This document shows, in pieces, positions 51,430 through 63,943 of a DNA stretch of 64,000 nt. Source of the DNA: Malacoraja senta (taxonomy: Eukaryota); assembly GCA_038087875.1 (NCBI GenBank), contig JAXLNO010000628.1:1-64000 (forward strand). The letters run 5' to 3'. Position 1 is the stretch's first letter; each line of letters begins with the position of its first letter. Position numbers and translations under genes: made by a program. The notes beneath the pieces are model-generated. The model was not told where the DNA came from, searched no databases, and saw nothing but the letters and a program-made list of their open reading frames with translations.

Positions 51430-52689
51430 TGATAGGACTTCTTTTAACTGCACAAAATTAAAAAGTGACGCTCTTTGCAACTGGCGTGTTTATTGAAATA
51501 TGTAAAGCTCATCATCACATTTATTGGATATTGTTAGGTAAGTTGAGTATCAAGATTCCTTACAACACTGAAAATCTGCTAATTTTCTTCAGCTTTTTAG
51601 CATTCAAAACCATTTGTAATTTGTTATTTCTTGCTTTAACGATCTGTTTTGCTAAATGATTGAAGTGTCTGGCATGTTTCCGTTTGATGTAGTGCATCGA
51701 CACTCCTCACTTCCTGCCAGCTTGTTGCCATCCATCAGTGAAGACCCTCGCTTCTGTCAAACATATTGTTCAACTTGTTCTTTGGCTCTGATAGTTTCAA
51801 TTACAATTAGCAGTCAATCGTTTTCTGAGATTACATAAATATAGATTATTTGTTCTTGGTAAATACCCCACATAAATTGCCGTTTATCCAGCACAACTGC
51901 ACAACTGTCCAACTGGACAACTTTTAATTATATCAGGTCCTTACTCAACTATCATCAATGTCCATGTTCTTGATCCATTGACACCACCACTTAGGATTAG
52001 TGATATTTGTAATTAAATCTGATTGTCGCTTTGTCCTTCCCCATGTTTCCAACCTCCCCATTGCCATCTCCCAAATCTTCAGCTACTGGTATCCTTGCAA
52101 CTCCATTCATCTTCCCTTGTGATCTCAGCTGCAGAGGCCTCTTTGAAATTCCTCCCTTAAATCTGGTCAGTCTTCTTAATGATAGAGAAATCCCTCTGTG
52201 AAATTTATTCATTGGACCAAATGCTTGATAACACTTTCTCAATATTGCTTTCTTTGATGCAGAATAAAGAGTGCCGAGAAACATTTTTTCACCAGAATAG
52301 CAATTCATCAACATTCTGTTGTTGGATTTTCTGGTGTCTGAGTCCTTCTTCAACTGAAGATGACAAAGGAATTAAAATTACATGCAAATGAAAATCATAA
52401 AATAGTGCATTAAAAATTCTGCTAAGAGCACCAGATGCAGTTCAGGGAAAATTGTTACTATGACAACATATGTTACAGACTTCAGATCTGTATTTATTTA
52501 TTAGAGAATATGATCCTGTGTATGTCTATCCAAGATTAAAAATAAATTGCCTGGTATTATAATTATTTGTTAATAATGCTTTATTTTGATAAAGGCACAC
52601 AAAAAAATCCAGCTATTGTTACCTGGTATGGTCTGAATAACACACAGATTGATAGCAATGCAATGGCCTCTTACTTGTGCTCTTAAATG

Positions 52690-53022
52690 GAATTGGTTTG
52701 AACTGAATTGAATTGAACGACACAGAATGGAAACAGGCCCTCCAATCCCACAAAGTCCACGCAAACCATTGATCACCCGTTCACACTCTTTCTGTGTTAT
52801 CCCCACTTTTGCATCCACCCACTACACACGAGGGGCAATTTTTTTCAGAGTCAACTTACAAACGTTTTTGGGATGCAAGAAGAAAATGGAGGACCCGTTG
52901 GAAACCTATGCAGTCTCAGGGAAAACATGCAAACTCTACACAGGCAGCACCCAAGGTCTGGATCGAACCCGGGTCAATGGCACTGTGAGGCAGCAGCTCT
53001 TCCAGCTGTGCCACCGTGATGC
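52690..53022 (-). mobile_element. HE1-type V-SINE
   Basis: Reverse consensus. Confidence 0.8.
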
Positions 53023-53332
53023 CCCAATCACCTGGTATCATCTAGATATGGATATGACAAAGGCATGCCCAACTTAGTCAACTCCGAAAAGTCCTTTATA
53101 TTAACAAAATTGAGGGAGCAGTCATATAGTATGCACCATTTTTATGCAGTTTACTAATGTTAGTTAATGCCACAGTCTTCCCAATTACTTTCCCTGTGTT
53201 TACAAAGCCATTCACAAAAGTAATTTTTTAGATAACTCTAATTGGCAAAAGAATGGAGATTTTTTGAGCAAGAAAAAGCAAGAAACCAGCTTATGGGGTG
53301 CAACATGGAAAAAGAAAAAATAGGTTATTCAA

Positions 53333-53485
53333 ATATTTCTGGAGAACATGGACAGGTGACATTTCTTCAAAAGGGGCCTGTTACAAAACGTCGCCTATTC
53401 ATGTTTTCCAGAGATGCTGCCTCATCCGCTGAGTTATTCCAGTACTTTGTGTCTTTAAAAAAAAATCTGCAGTTCCTTGTTTCTG
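53333..53485. mobile_element. Partial palindromic Penelope-terminus dimer, degenerate
   Basis: CTGGAGAACATGGACAGGTGAC ... GTCGCCTATTCATGTTTTCCAG. Confidence 0.7.
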
Positions 53486-54012
53486 CAAGGAGGCATAAAC
53501 AGTCTGATTATCAAATTAAATAATTTTAAACAATGGGCATAATCACAGGATATGGAGTTGGCCCTTTAGGACTGACTTTAGGTGAAATTTCTTCACTCGG
53601 AGGGTGTAAAATATTTGTGATTATCCATTCTAAAGTGGTTGAAAATGCTCAGTCAGAGAACATATTCAAAAATGAGATCAACCAATGTAAACTGATGACT
53701 TATCTCTTATATAAGTGATTAAACACATATATTAATGCTCAGAAAAACATAACCATTAAGCCTGGTTCTTTATTGTCTTATCCTTGCTGATGCACATGCT
53801 CCAATTTACATGCAATGTTTTTCAAGTTTTTTTTTTAAGAGCAGGCAAAATTGCATAACATAGCAATATTAAGTTGGATGCTTGGACACAAAAGGACAGA
53901 GCAATCAGGTGATTGCATAGTCGGAAGAAGTTCCTCTCTGTTATGTTGCCTATCTATTGTATCCGACCCACTCATTTACTCCAGAACTTTGTGTTTTACT
54001 CAATATTCCAGC

Positions 54013-54232
54013 ATCTGCATGGAGTTTGTACACTCTCCCCGTGACCTGCATGAGATTTCCCCGGGAGTTCTGATTTCCTCCCACACTCCACAGGTTTGTA
54101 GGCTAATTGGTTTGGTAAAATTGTAACTTGTACCTAGTGTGTAGGATAGTGCTAGTGTACTGAGATTGCTGGTCAGCACGGTCTTGGTGGGCTGAACGGC
54201 CTGTTTCCGAGCTGTATCTCTAAACTAAACAA
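54013..54232 (+). mobile_element. HE1-type V-SINE, 5'-truncated
   Basis: Consensus 3' two-thirds. Confidence 0.8.
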
Positions 54233-56701
54233 AAATGTGCACTTCCTTGTGTCTCAATTGTATAGAATGCTCTTTTTCTGCAATTGTATTGAGAGCTATC
54301 AGGCCTTGCAGAGCACCCTGGATTACTATTACCGCATCCTCCTTGCATCAGTGTTTCAGGGCTATCAAGTGTGTCCATTAATTATAATGGACAATAATTC
54401 ACTAGCTCCATATGCTGGAAGATTAATGGTGGTAAAACCATTGTCATTGCTCAGATCTGAATAAAATGACTAATGCTCCGATTTGCCCACCAGACTTGGC
54501 CATTATCTTAGCTACTTAATGGAAATGAAACAGCCTTGTCAAATTACATTAGATAATGTTCTGTGTAGCACCTTGAAAACCTCCACTGCATAAAGAACAT
54601 AAGCTACCGGTGGCAGAAAAGGTCCATCGCCAATTAGAGTTTATCTATCTCTCTGCAAGATTAAATGCCATCACCGTAATTACATTCACCACCAACTACA
54701 TTCTTTTTCTACCAACAATATCCTTGAAGGTAACCATTGACCAGAAACTAGGCAGTTAAATAAATTCATTGTGCACAAGTGCAGTTGAAAGATTAAATAT
54801 TCAGGAGTGAGTGATCACCTCCAGATTCTCCCAAAGCATTTTCCTTCGTGAAATATTCGACGGATACTCTCATCAAGTGGGGTGTAAGAAAGTGACCCGC
54901 CACCAACTTCTACCTACCCAAGGGCAATTGGGGGTGGTCAATATGTATATGTCTTGCCCGTAATGCTTACATCCAATATATGAATAAAATAATTATTTGA
55001 TTAATCAAATTTTAAAAATTCCAGTCTCTATAAGGAACATTTTAAAATATTGTACATAGCTTGCATGCTTCCTAATAACGAGTACTTCTTTAAAAACATT
55101 CATATCTCTCTTCAATTCTTTAACATGCATCATTGATGACTTTGGATGACTCCAAATTCCTTATTTAACTGTCATTTTACTTCCAACCATTGTACGTGAT
55201 AAGTACATTTTATCTTATAAAAAACTGTATTTATAAACCAAATTAAATATCTGGTATAAATATAAAGGTTTCATTATGCTTTTCTAGTATAAGCCAAAAA
55301 ATCTGCTGAAAGGTTTTTGAAACATATACCAGGTTTGCTATATTTAGAATAAATGTGCCTTCGAATCGAAAGAATAAACATTTATACTAATGGATCATGC
55401 TGCTTAAAGTATTTGAGAGTGTTAAAACACCATGTCGTATGTGTGTAACCTTTCATGAGAAAAGATTTTCATCAGCTCGGTGAACTATATTACTGATTTT
55501 GCTAATGATGCAGTTCTCAAGAAGCTCATCAATTTTAATTAAAAGCTCTGAAAGACCATGGCGTTATTTTCTTCTCCTTGAAAGGAAATAATCAGGTGTA
55601 ATATAAAACAGAAAAAAATGGCTATAGTTATTAAAGGTGTAATTTTGAATGATCTCCCAAGGCACCATATCACTGAGAATTTCAAAGGCACTGTGACATT
55701 GCCCCTAAGTTTAGGAATAATTCATGGTTATAGAAACATAGGAACATAGAAAATAGGTGCAGGAGTAGGCCATTCGGCCCTTCGAGCCAGCACCGCCATT
55801 CAATGTGACCATGGCTGATCATCCAAAATCAGTTCCCCGTTCCTGCTTTCTCCCTATATACCCTGATTCCATTAGCTACTGTATATCTAACTCTCTCAAA
55901 GTTATGATCTATATCTAACTCTCTCAAAGTTATGTTTTAATATGTAGTCTTAAATGTTTTTGTGCTTCTTTGCTCAAAATCCAGTAAAGCCAAAATAAGA
56001 AATATGGTAAAGTGCTTAAACAGTTAAATGTTCACATGGGCTTCAAGCAGTCAAATGGTAATTTGTATTTTGCTGATTTACCTTTATTCAGATACTTTGC
56101 ATTTGAGTAAGAGACCTGTGAAGTTTTATTCAAATTGCAGAACAGTCCTGCTAATTAGCATGTTGCTCCCATTAATTAAATACACTGCTGATCTCTAAAA
56201 CAGCACTTCAAATAAAAAAATACAACATTTCAATGCCATTTCACATTAGGAATCAGCATTAAATCATTTGAAGGTTGAAAGATTTAGTTGAGCCAAGCTA
56301 AATTAGAACCACTGCTTCATTATGTGCATCCATTTCATGATCAAGTTCTAGCTGTGTATGTAATATCACATCGAGAAACATACAGACAAAGAAAACAGTA
56401 TAACTATTCAGGTGAATAATTGGGTATGTACTTGGCTACAATTTGAATATGAAAGAAACTATCCATGGGAAAAAAATGCACATTGCTATCTCTTGTCTGT
56501 CAACCAAAAGTTGTGTGATCAAGGGACATCACTTCAGTCCTTCAGTCCTCCACAAACCTTCAGTCCTCCACAAACATTGAAGATGCAGTCCATACACTAT
56601 CCTTTCTACCTATCACCCCATGAACTATATTGATAACAAGTCCACGAATGTCTCCTCATTCTTGAGCTCAATTTCATACATAACCTTCCTTCTTTCCTAT
56701 T

Positions 56702-57308
56702 AGAAACATAGAAACATAGAAAATAGGTGCAGGAGGAGGCCATTCAGCCCTTCGAGCCAGCACCACCATTCATTGTGATCATGGCTGATCATCCCCAATC
56801 AATAACCCGTGCCTGCCTTCTCCCCATATCACTTGATTCCACTAGCCCCTAGAGCTCTATCTAACTCTCTCTTAAATCCATCCATTGATTTGGCCTCCAC
56901 TGCCCTCTGTGGCAGGGAATTCCACAAATTCACAACTCTCTAGGTGAAAAAGTTTTTTCTCACCTCAGTCCTAAATGGTCTCCCCTTTATTCTAAGACTG
57001 TGGTCCCTGGTTCTGGACTCGCCCAACATTGGGAACATATTTCCTGCATCTAGCTTGTCCAGTCCTTTTATAATTTTATATGTTTCTATAAGATTCCCCC
57101 TCATCCTTCTAAATTCCAGTGGATACAAGCCTAGTATTTTCAATCTTTCCTCATATGACAGTCCCGCCATCCCAGGGATCAATCTTGTGCACCTATGCTG
57201 CACTGCCTCAATCACAAGGATGTCCTTCCTCAAATTAGGAGACTAAAACTGTACACAACTGACCAATCCAGATGTGGTCTTACCAGAGCCCTATACAACT
57301 GCAGAAGA
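56702..57308 (-). mobile_element. CR1 3' fragment
   Basis: ORF 56940..57233 gives the CR1 C-terminus; (CATAGAAA)n tail. Confidence 0.9.
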
Positions 57309-57312
57309 GACC

Positions 57313-57433
57313 ACCAGCAAACCAACAGAGACAAAAGTAGGAAAATGTAAACATCTGCAGGAGTTAACTCCTCTTCCACAACTCCAGCAGATGTTTACAT
57401 TTACCTAAGTCTTGTCGCTGTTGCTTTGCTGGT
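57313..57433. repeat. 121-bp imperfect hairpin (53/54-bp arms)
   Basis: ACCAGCAAA...TGTAAACATCTGCAGGAGTT / AACTCCAGCAGATGTTTACA...TTTGCTGGT. Confidence 0.85.
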
Positions 57434-57709
57434 CGTTTGCCTTCAGTTGCAAAGACTGCTTGCACTAAATTAGAGAGAAGAGTACCAAAGCAAAAGGGAG
57501 AAACAGTTTCATCTTATCTCTTTCTTAAATGGAAAACCACATACTTTTAAAAAGTGACCCCCCTCCTCCATAACCTTCATGAGAAAAATCATCCCATGCA
57601 CATCCATCCTGTCAAGATTTCTCAGGAACTTGTATATTTTAATTAAGTTCTCTGTCTTCTAAATTCTAACAGATAAAGCCTGGCTTGCCTAAGCCTTCTA
57701 GAGACTCTC

Positions 57710-57808
57710 CAGTCTGAAGAAGGATCCCGACCCAAAACATCACCTTTCCATTCCCCCCACTGATGCTGTCTGAACCATTGAGCTCCTGCAGCACTGTGTG
57801 TTTTACTC
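57710..57808 (+). mobile_element. Penelope-terminus short element, degenerate
   Basis: CAGTCTGAAGAAGGATCCCGACCCAAAACATCACC. Confidence 0.75.
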
Positions 57809-57828
57809 CCAGTAAACCCTCTTTGAAC

Positions 57829-58028
57829 NNNNNNNNNNNNNNNNNNNNNNNNNNNNNNNNNNNNNNNNNNNNNNNNNNNNNNNNNNNNNNNNNNNNNNNN
57901 NNNNNNNNNNNNNNNNNNNNNNNNNNNNNNNNNNNNNNNNNNNNNNNNNNNNNNNNNNNNNNNNNNNNNNNNNNNNNNNNNNNNNNNNNNNNNNNNNNNN
58001 NNNNNNNNNNNNNNNNNNNNNNNNNNNN
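57829..58028. other. Assembly gap (200 N)
   Basis: Run of N. Confidence 1.
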
Positions 58029-59677
58029 GGTAGGTAAAATGCCCGCTAAATTTTATTATACTTCTTAAAAGTGTCTCCGCTCCTTCTCCTCCCCCCCCCC
58101 TTCTCTCCCCCCCCTTCTCTCCCCCCCCCCCTTCTCTCCCCCCCCCCCTTCTCTCCCCCCCCCCCTTCTCTCCCCCCCCCTTCTCTCCCCCCCCCCTTCT
58201 CTCTCCCCCCCCTTCTCTCTCCCCCCCTTCTCTCCCCCCCCCCCTTCTCTCCCCCCCCCCTTCTCTCCCCCCCCCTTCTCTCCCCCCCCCCCTTCTCTCC
58301 CCCCCCCTTCTCTCCCCCCCCCCTTCTCTCCCCCCCCCTCTCTCCCCCCCCCTTCTCTCCCCCCCCCTTCTCTCCCCCCCCCTTCTCTCCCCCCCCTTCT
58401 CTCCCCCCCCCCTTCTCTCCCCCCCCTTCTCTCCCCCCCCCTTCTCTCCCCCCCCCCCTTCTCTCCCCCCCTTCTCTCCCCCCTTCTCTCCCCCCCTTCT
58501 CCCCCCCCCCTTCTCCCCCCCCTTCTCCCCCCCCCTTCTCTCCCCCCCCTTCTCTCCCCCCACCTTCTCCCCCCCCACCTTCTCCCCCCCCACCTTCTCT
58601 CCCCCCCTTCTCTCCCCCCCTTCTCCTCCCCCCTTCTCTCCCCCCCCCCTTCTCTCCCCCCCCTTCTCTCCCCCCCTTCTCTCCCCCTTCTTCTCCCCCC
58701 CACCTTCTCCTCCCCCCCACCTTCTCCCCCCACCTTCTCCCCCCACCTTCTCCCCCCCTTCCCCCTCTCCCCCTTCCCTCTCCCCCCCTTCCCTCTCCCC
58801 CCCTTCTCTACCCCCCCCTTCTCTACCCCCCCCTTCTCTACCCCCCCTTCTCTCCCCCCCTTCTCTCTCCCCCCCTTCTCTCCCCCCCCCTTCTCTCCCC
58901 CCCCTCTCTCCCCCCCTTCTCTCCCCCCCCTTCTCTCCCCCCCCCTTCTCTCCCCCCCCTTCTCTCCCCCCCCTTCTCTCCCCCCCCCTTCTCTCCCCCC
59001 CCTTCTCTCCCCCTCCCCTTCTCTCCCCCCCCTTCTCTCCACCCCACCTTCTCTCCACCCCACCTTCTCCCCCCCCACCATCTCCCCCTCCACCTTCTCT
59101 CCCCCCCTTCTCCTCCCCCCCTTCTCCTCCCCCCCTTCACTCCCCCCTTCACTCCCCCCCTTCTCCTCACCCCCCTTCTCTCCCCCACCTTCGCCTCCCC
59201 CCCTTCGCCTCCCCCCACCTTCTCCCCCCCTTCTCTCCCCCCTTCTCCCCCCCTTCTCCTCCCCCCCCTTCTCCTCCTCTCCTTCTACTCCCGCCCCTTC
59301 TCTCCCCCCCTTCTCTCTCCCCCACCTTCTCCTCCCCCTCCCTTCTCCCACCCCCCTTCTCCCCCCTTTTCTTCCCTTCTCTCTCTCGCCGCCCCCCCCC
59401 CGCGCTCTCTAAAGGACATACCGTAGCTGTGACAGCCATTTACCTTTGTCTTCATTGCGCAGACAGCGCTCCTCCGCTTTCCCTAGCCCCCACCTTCGCG
59501 ATGTGTTTGTGCGTGTGCGGTCGCTCTATGCCGCTCGCGGTTCGGTCAATCCAGCTCGCGGTTTCAACGCGACCAGTCGATCCAGCTCGAGGCTTTCCAG
59601 GAGAGTGCACTCGAGCTGGAAGGTCGAAGACGCTCTTCTGGACTTGCAGATTAGGTCGCCCAAATGGGACAGGGCCT
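58029..59677. mobile_element. Probable Harbinger-like MITE containing the C-rich array; left end lost in the gap
   Basis: Right end TTAGGTCGCCCAAATGGGACAGGGCCT-TTA resembles the other Harbinger TIRs. Confidence 0.55.
58078..59401. repeat. Polypyrimidine (C6-10 TTCTCT)n low-complexity array
   Basis: About 1.3 kb of almost pure C/T. Confidence 0.95.
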
Positions 59678-59837
59678 TTAGGATAGATAGTGAAAGTATT
59701 TTTTTCCCCAAGGTGGAAATGTTCAATACTTGCACGTGTACCTTTAAGGTGAGAGGGGGGAATTTTAAAGGAGGTACGTGGGGCAATAAAGTGGTGAGTG
59801 CCTCATAAAGTCCGAGACTGCTCAACATCTCCCTATA

Positions 59838-60877
59838 GTAGCAATGTTACAAAATTTTGAGATTTTAAAAATAAAGTCTGCAATTTATCCCATCAGATAA
59901 AGCATAAAAAGAAGTTTAATTTGACACCCAATTCACTTTCATATCTTCAGTATTAAAGAAGTTATGGCCATTTTCATACTCGGAAATTAGCATCTTGTTC
60001 CCTATTGCTTTTCTATTGACTTAACACAAAAGCTGTGATCGAGGACAGTTAAAAGCCCATAACTTTCTTAAAAATTAAGATAACTGAAAGAAATTTTCAG
60101 TTATTATAGATTGAAGCATTCTGAAACAAATATGAAACAATCTTACTTAGAAGACATGAAAGTAAAGCACATAATTAGTTATTTACCTAATTGTAGCTAA
60201 TTACAAAATTCAATTACTAGATCTAAACATCTATCAATTTCTTAAGAATAAATTAACATTTTTAAATAGCCTAAGTGTCCAAATAACATTCACACAATAA
60301 TTCACAATATAACATAATTTTTAAATCTCATTTTCATGAATTTACAGGCCAAATGGAAGGAATTGAATGTTTAATACCTGTAAATTAATGGGCATTTATA
60401 TCATCTTGCGAGTGAGGATTTCTGGAACGCGATCTTTTGGAACGTTCATTTGCGGTGAATTTAACCCCGTATTGGCATGAAAAATAATGCCATTAGTTCG
60501 GGGAATAAAATCACCGTGTCGCATGAAAACATGTGAATTAAAGGCTTCTTAATAAGCACCTTTATACATTTAAAGAAACCACTTTCGTTTACCTGTCCCG
60601 TGTGTGAAATCCGTCCCCGTTATCGGCGTTGCCGCTTCAGGAGCTGCTTTTAAAATTACTCTAGCGCTGACATTGACGATTTAATAAAAATAAAAAATAC
60701 ATAAAACGCCACTAGGAACGGTTCTTCAGCCAAGGCTTGTACAACAAAATATTAACCAGGACAAGGGAGGAGAAACCCGCGTTTTAATCCCGCCCCCCCT
60801 TAAAGGCGCCATAATCGCGCACACGGCCAGTGGCAGAATTACAGCGCGACTGAAGGTACGTTTTGTAACATACCTAC
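59838..60877. mobile_element. 1.04-kb non-coding TIR element inserted in a CR1 fragment
   Basis: GTAGCAATGTTACAAAA ... TTTTGTAACATACCTAC; TSD CTATA (or CCTATAG); the empty site CTCCCTATAGCTCAGGCCC is seen at 46911-46930. Confidence 0.85.
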
Positions 60878-61029
60878 CTATAGCTCAGGCCCTTGAGTTC
60901 TGGCAACATGCTCAAAAATCTTTTCTGCACCCTTTCCAGCTTGACAACATCAAGCTGGTGCTTCAGTTGAAAACACGATGAAGCATGTGCCGTATCCAGA
61001 CGGCACTCCCCCACCGAGCTGCTGGATGG

Positions 61030-61245
61030 TTAGTTTAGTTTAATTTAGAGATACAGTGCGGAAATAGGCCCTCGACCCACTGAATCCGCGCCGACCAGCG
61101 ATCCCCGCACACTAACACTATCCTACACACACTAGGGACAATTTACAATTAGACTGGAGTGTGGGAGGAAACCAGAGCTCCTGGAAAAACCTCACGAAGG
61201 TCACGGGGAGAACGTACAAACTCCGTACAGACAGCAAACGTCGTC
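61030..61245 (-). mobile_element. HE1-type V-SINE, partial
   Basis: Reverse consensus. Confidence 0.8.
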
Positions 61246-62587
61246 AGCATCAAACCCTGTTCTGGCCCATTTACTTCTACTGTTGTCCCGGCAGCAACTT
61301 GATGGAGAAACCAATCTCTAAAAGTCTTAACAGATCCCTGAGTGACAGCAGGGCCTTTTATGAGGCTAATAGAATTACATCAGGTATTGTTGGACAGATG
61401 CCCAGAGCAAGCCTTGCCACAAACAGCTGTAGAAAAATCCTTGACAGTTGACCAGACGTGAGTAAACGACAGAAATGACTCAGTTTAACCCAATGGAGAC
61501 TCGACCATTGTTTTACTCAGGTTCACATTGGCCTTGAACCAATTGAGGCTGACAGTGTCATGCTCAAATGACACTTTCCACTTATGATGAGGAAGCTGGA
61601 ATGGTCTGTTACTTTGACCTCATTTTTTTACCAGTGTGACTTGAAAGTAAAAATGTTTAATATTCCAATATTAGCCAGGCGCACAGGAAATTTCAGATTG
61701 ATCTTTCTTCACTCAATGCCATCGAAATCTTGCAGAGATTCTAATGTTCCTTTGGGAAATGTATTGGTATTTACATTAATTTTGCAATTAATGCATATTA
61801 CGTGTAACTTTTCTCTCTAAATATCAGAATGTAACATGTTTGAATGCAGTCTCTCTTTATAAATCACAGTTGGATTAAAGCTCAAAATTAGATTGTGGCC
61901 ATATGTGTTACACTCACATCTCCCAGGCAAGTTCTGATCTTACTGGTTTTGTGCATTTAAACTTTTAATTCCACAATTGACTAGGTTTATAAATAAAGAT
62001 AGTTATAATCCAAATGTTCTTCAACATTCAATCTTTTACATATTACAAATGAATCATGCTTATTCTTGCAAGCTTCCATAGTTTACCAATCTCTTTAAAA
62101 TACCATTGAAATGCTTCCAGGTGGTTTCACACTCATGTTTTATAATCTTAATACAAATTAACAAAATCTTACATTTCTTTTGCTTCAAAGTAATGGCGTC
62201 AAAGAGTGGTTTTGAAAAGGCAAATGAGCAATTAGAGCAAGCTATTGATTGCCAAGTGACCCTTTACTGTGTGGCAGTATTAACTTAATTTAACTCGACT
62301 TTTGGAGGGCAAATGTACAGAACACCGTGCACTGGGAGTAAAATCAAACTCTAATATAATTCAAGCCTCACAGGGGAACATGGTGGCAGCATCAATGCAT
62401 ACCATCATTCTCCGTTGCCAGCTCACAAATCCAACCATAATTCTTAGAAAGGGAGCGTTACTCTTTGGCTGATTATCAGTCTCCTGTATACACTACTAGA
62501 ATTGTAGAGTCATATGGAATGGAAACAGGCCTTTTGACACAACCAGTTGATGCCAGATAAGTTGCATGATCTAAGCTTGTTCATTTA

Positions 62588-62903
62588 GAGCAGCACGGTA
62601 GCGCAGCGGTAGAGTTGCTGCCTTACAGCACTTGCAGCACTGGAGACCCGGGTTCGATCCCGACTATGGGTGCTGTCTGTACGGAGTTTGTATGTTCTCC
62701 CCGTGACCACATGGGTTTTCTCCGAGCTCTTCGGTTTCTTCCCACACTCCAAAGATGTACAGGTTTGTAGGTTAATTGGCTTGGTATAAGTGTAAATTGT
62801 CCCTAGTGTGTGTAGGATAGCATTAATGTGCGGGGATCGCTGGTCGGTATGGGCTCGGTGGGCCGAAGGGCCTGTTTCCACACTGTATCTCGAAATGAAA
62901 CTA
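62588..62903 (+). mobile_element. HE1-type V-SINE nested in a HER1 3' end (62505-63380, - strand)
   Basis: Near-consensus copy. Confidence 0.9.
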
Positions 62904-62933
62904 CATTTGCCCAAATTTAGCCCACATCCCTCT

Positions 62934-63159
62934 GAGCCTGTCCCACTTTCACGACCTAATTCATGACCTCTGCCAAGTTTGCCCTTGACTCAGACTCGCA
63001 GCATGGTCATCACGAGGTCGTAGGAGGTCGTAGGTAGGTCGTGATGCTAGTCGTAGGTACTCGTGGCATCAGGTAGGTCGGGGCATTTTTCTAGCCTGAT
63101 GAAAAATGTCCACAAGTAAAAAAGGTTGTGAATTAGGTCGTGAAAGTGGGACAGGCCCT
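62934..63159. mobile_element. Harbinger-like MITE
   Basis: GCCTGTCCCACTTTCACGACCTAATTCA / TGAATTAGGTCGTGAAAGTGGGACAGGC. Confidence 0.85.
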
Positions 63160-63492
63160 TTCCTATGCATACATCTGTCCAAATGCCTTTTAAACAGTAT
63201 AGTACCTGCCTCAACCACTTCCTCTGGTAGCTTGTTCCATAAACCTTCCACCCTCTGTGTGAAAATATTATCCCTCGTTCCTATTAAATCTTTTCTCTTT
63301 CATCTTAAACCTATGATCTCTGATTTTCGATTCCCTTACCCTGGTTAAAAGACTCTGTGCAATCGCCCTATCTATGCAAACATTCCTCCAGCAGCTTGTT
63401 TTTTACTCAAGATCATCTAACATGTGAGTATTTGAAATGCACTAACAGATCTCTATTCACCAGGTCTAAGAACAATTATCACGGTTTCCTAA

Positions 63493-63943
63493 AGGGCCTG
63501 TCCCATGAGCATGCGACTGCATGCGGCAAGCACAACCTAACGTGGTCGCTTGAGCCGTACGGCCTCGTGAGCCGTATGGAGTTGTGCAGAGCTGGTCCCG
63601 ACATCGCGCGGGGCTACGAAAAACGGACACTGTTCAAAAATCCCGCGCGGCAACGGCCTGCCGGCCCGCAGCCGCCTCGACGGGCGTGCGCAGTGCCTCG
63701 ACGCCGTACGCAGAGTCTTGACGCCGTACATCACGCGTGAACCTCCCGCGGACTTCGCTCGAACTTAACGTCAATCACTCGACCTCCACGCGGCCCCCGC
63801 TTCCGGTTTGGTCGCACTCGCCGCATGCAGTTGCATGCTGGTGGGACCGGCCCTGTACGGGGATCGCGCGACCTCCGTGCAGCCTCTGCTTCCGTTTAGG
63901 TCGCGCTTGCCGCATGCAGTCGCATGCTCGTGGAACAGGCCCT
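63493..63943. mobile_element. Harbinger-like MITE, TAA TSD
   Basis: ~48-bp TIRs starting AGGGCCTGTCCCA; TAA at 63490-63492 and 63944-63946. Confidence 0.88.

Noticed and set aside
55881..55935. Short direct duplications (also 41535-41572 and 56539-56575)
   Set aside because: Ordinary slippage duplications.
57346..57399. Bona fide miR-30 gene
   Set aside because: Identity ends after 10 nt, and the conserved remainder of the mature sequence is missing.
57643..59439. Long Gly/Glu/Arg- and Pro-rich ORFs (up to 471 aa)
   Set aside because: Artefacts of a stop-free C/T microsatellite and the N gap.
61335..61457. Candidate plus-strand exon (ttaacag ... gtgagt)
   Set aside because: Stops in all three frames; a non-coding exon cannot be excluded but is unsupported.
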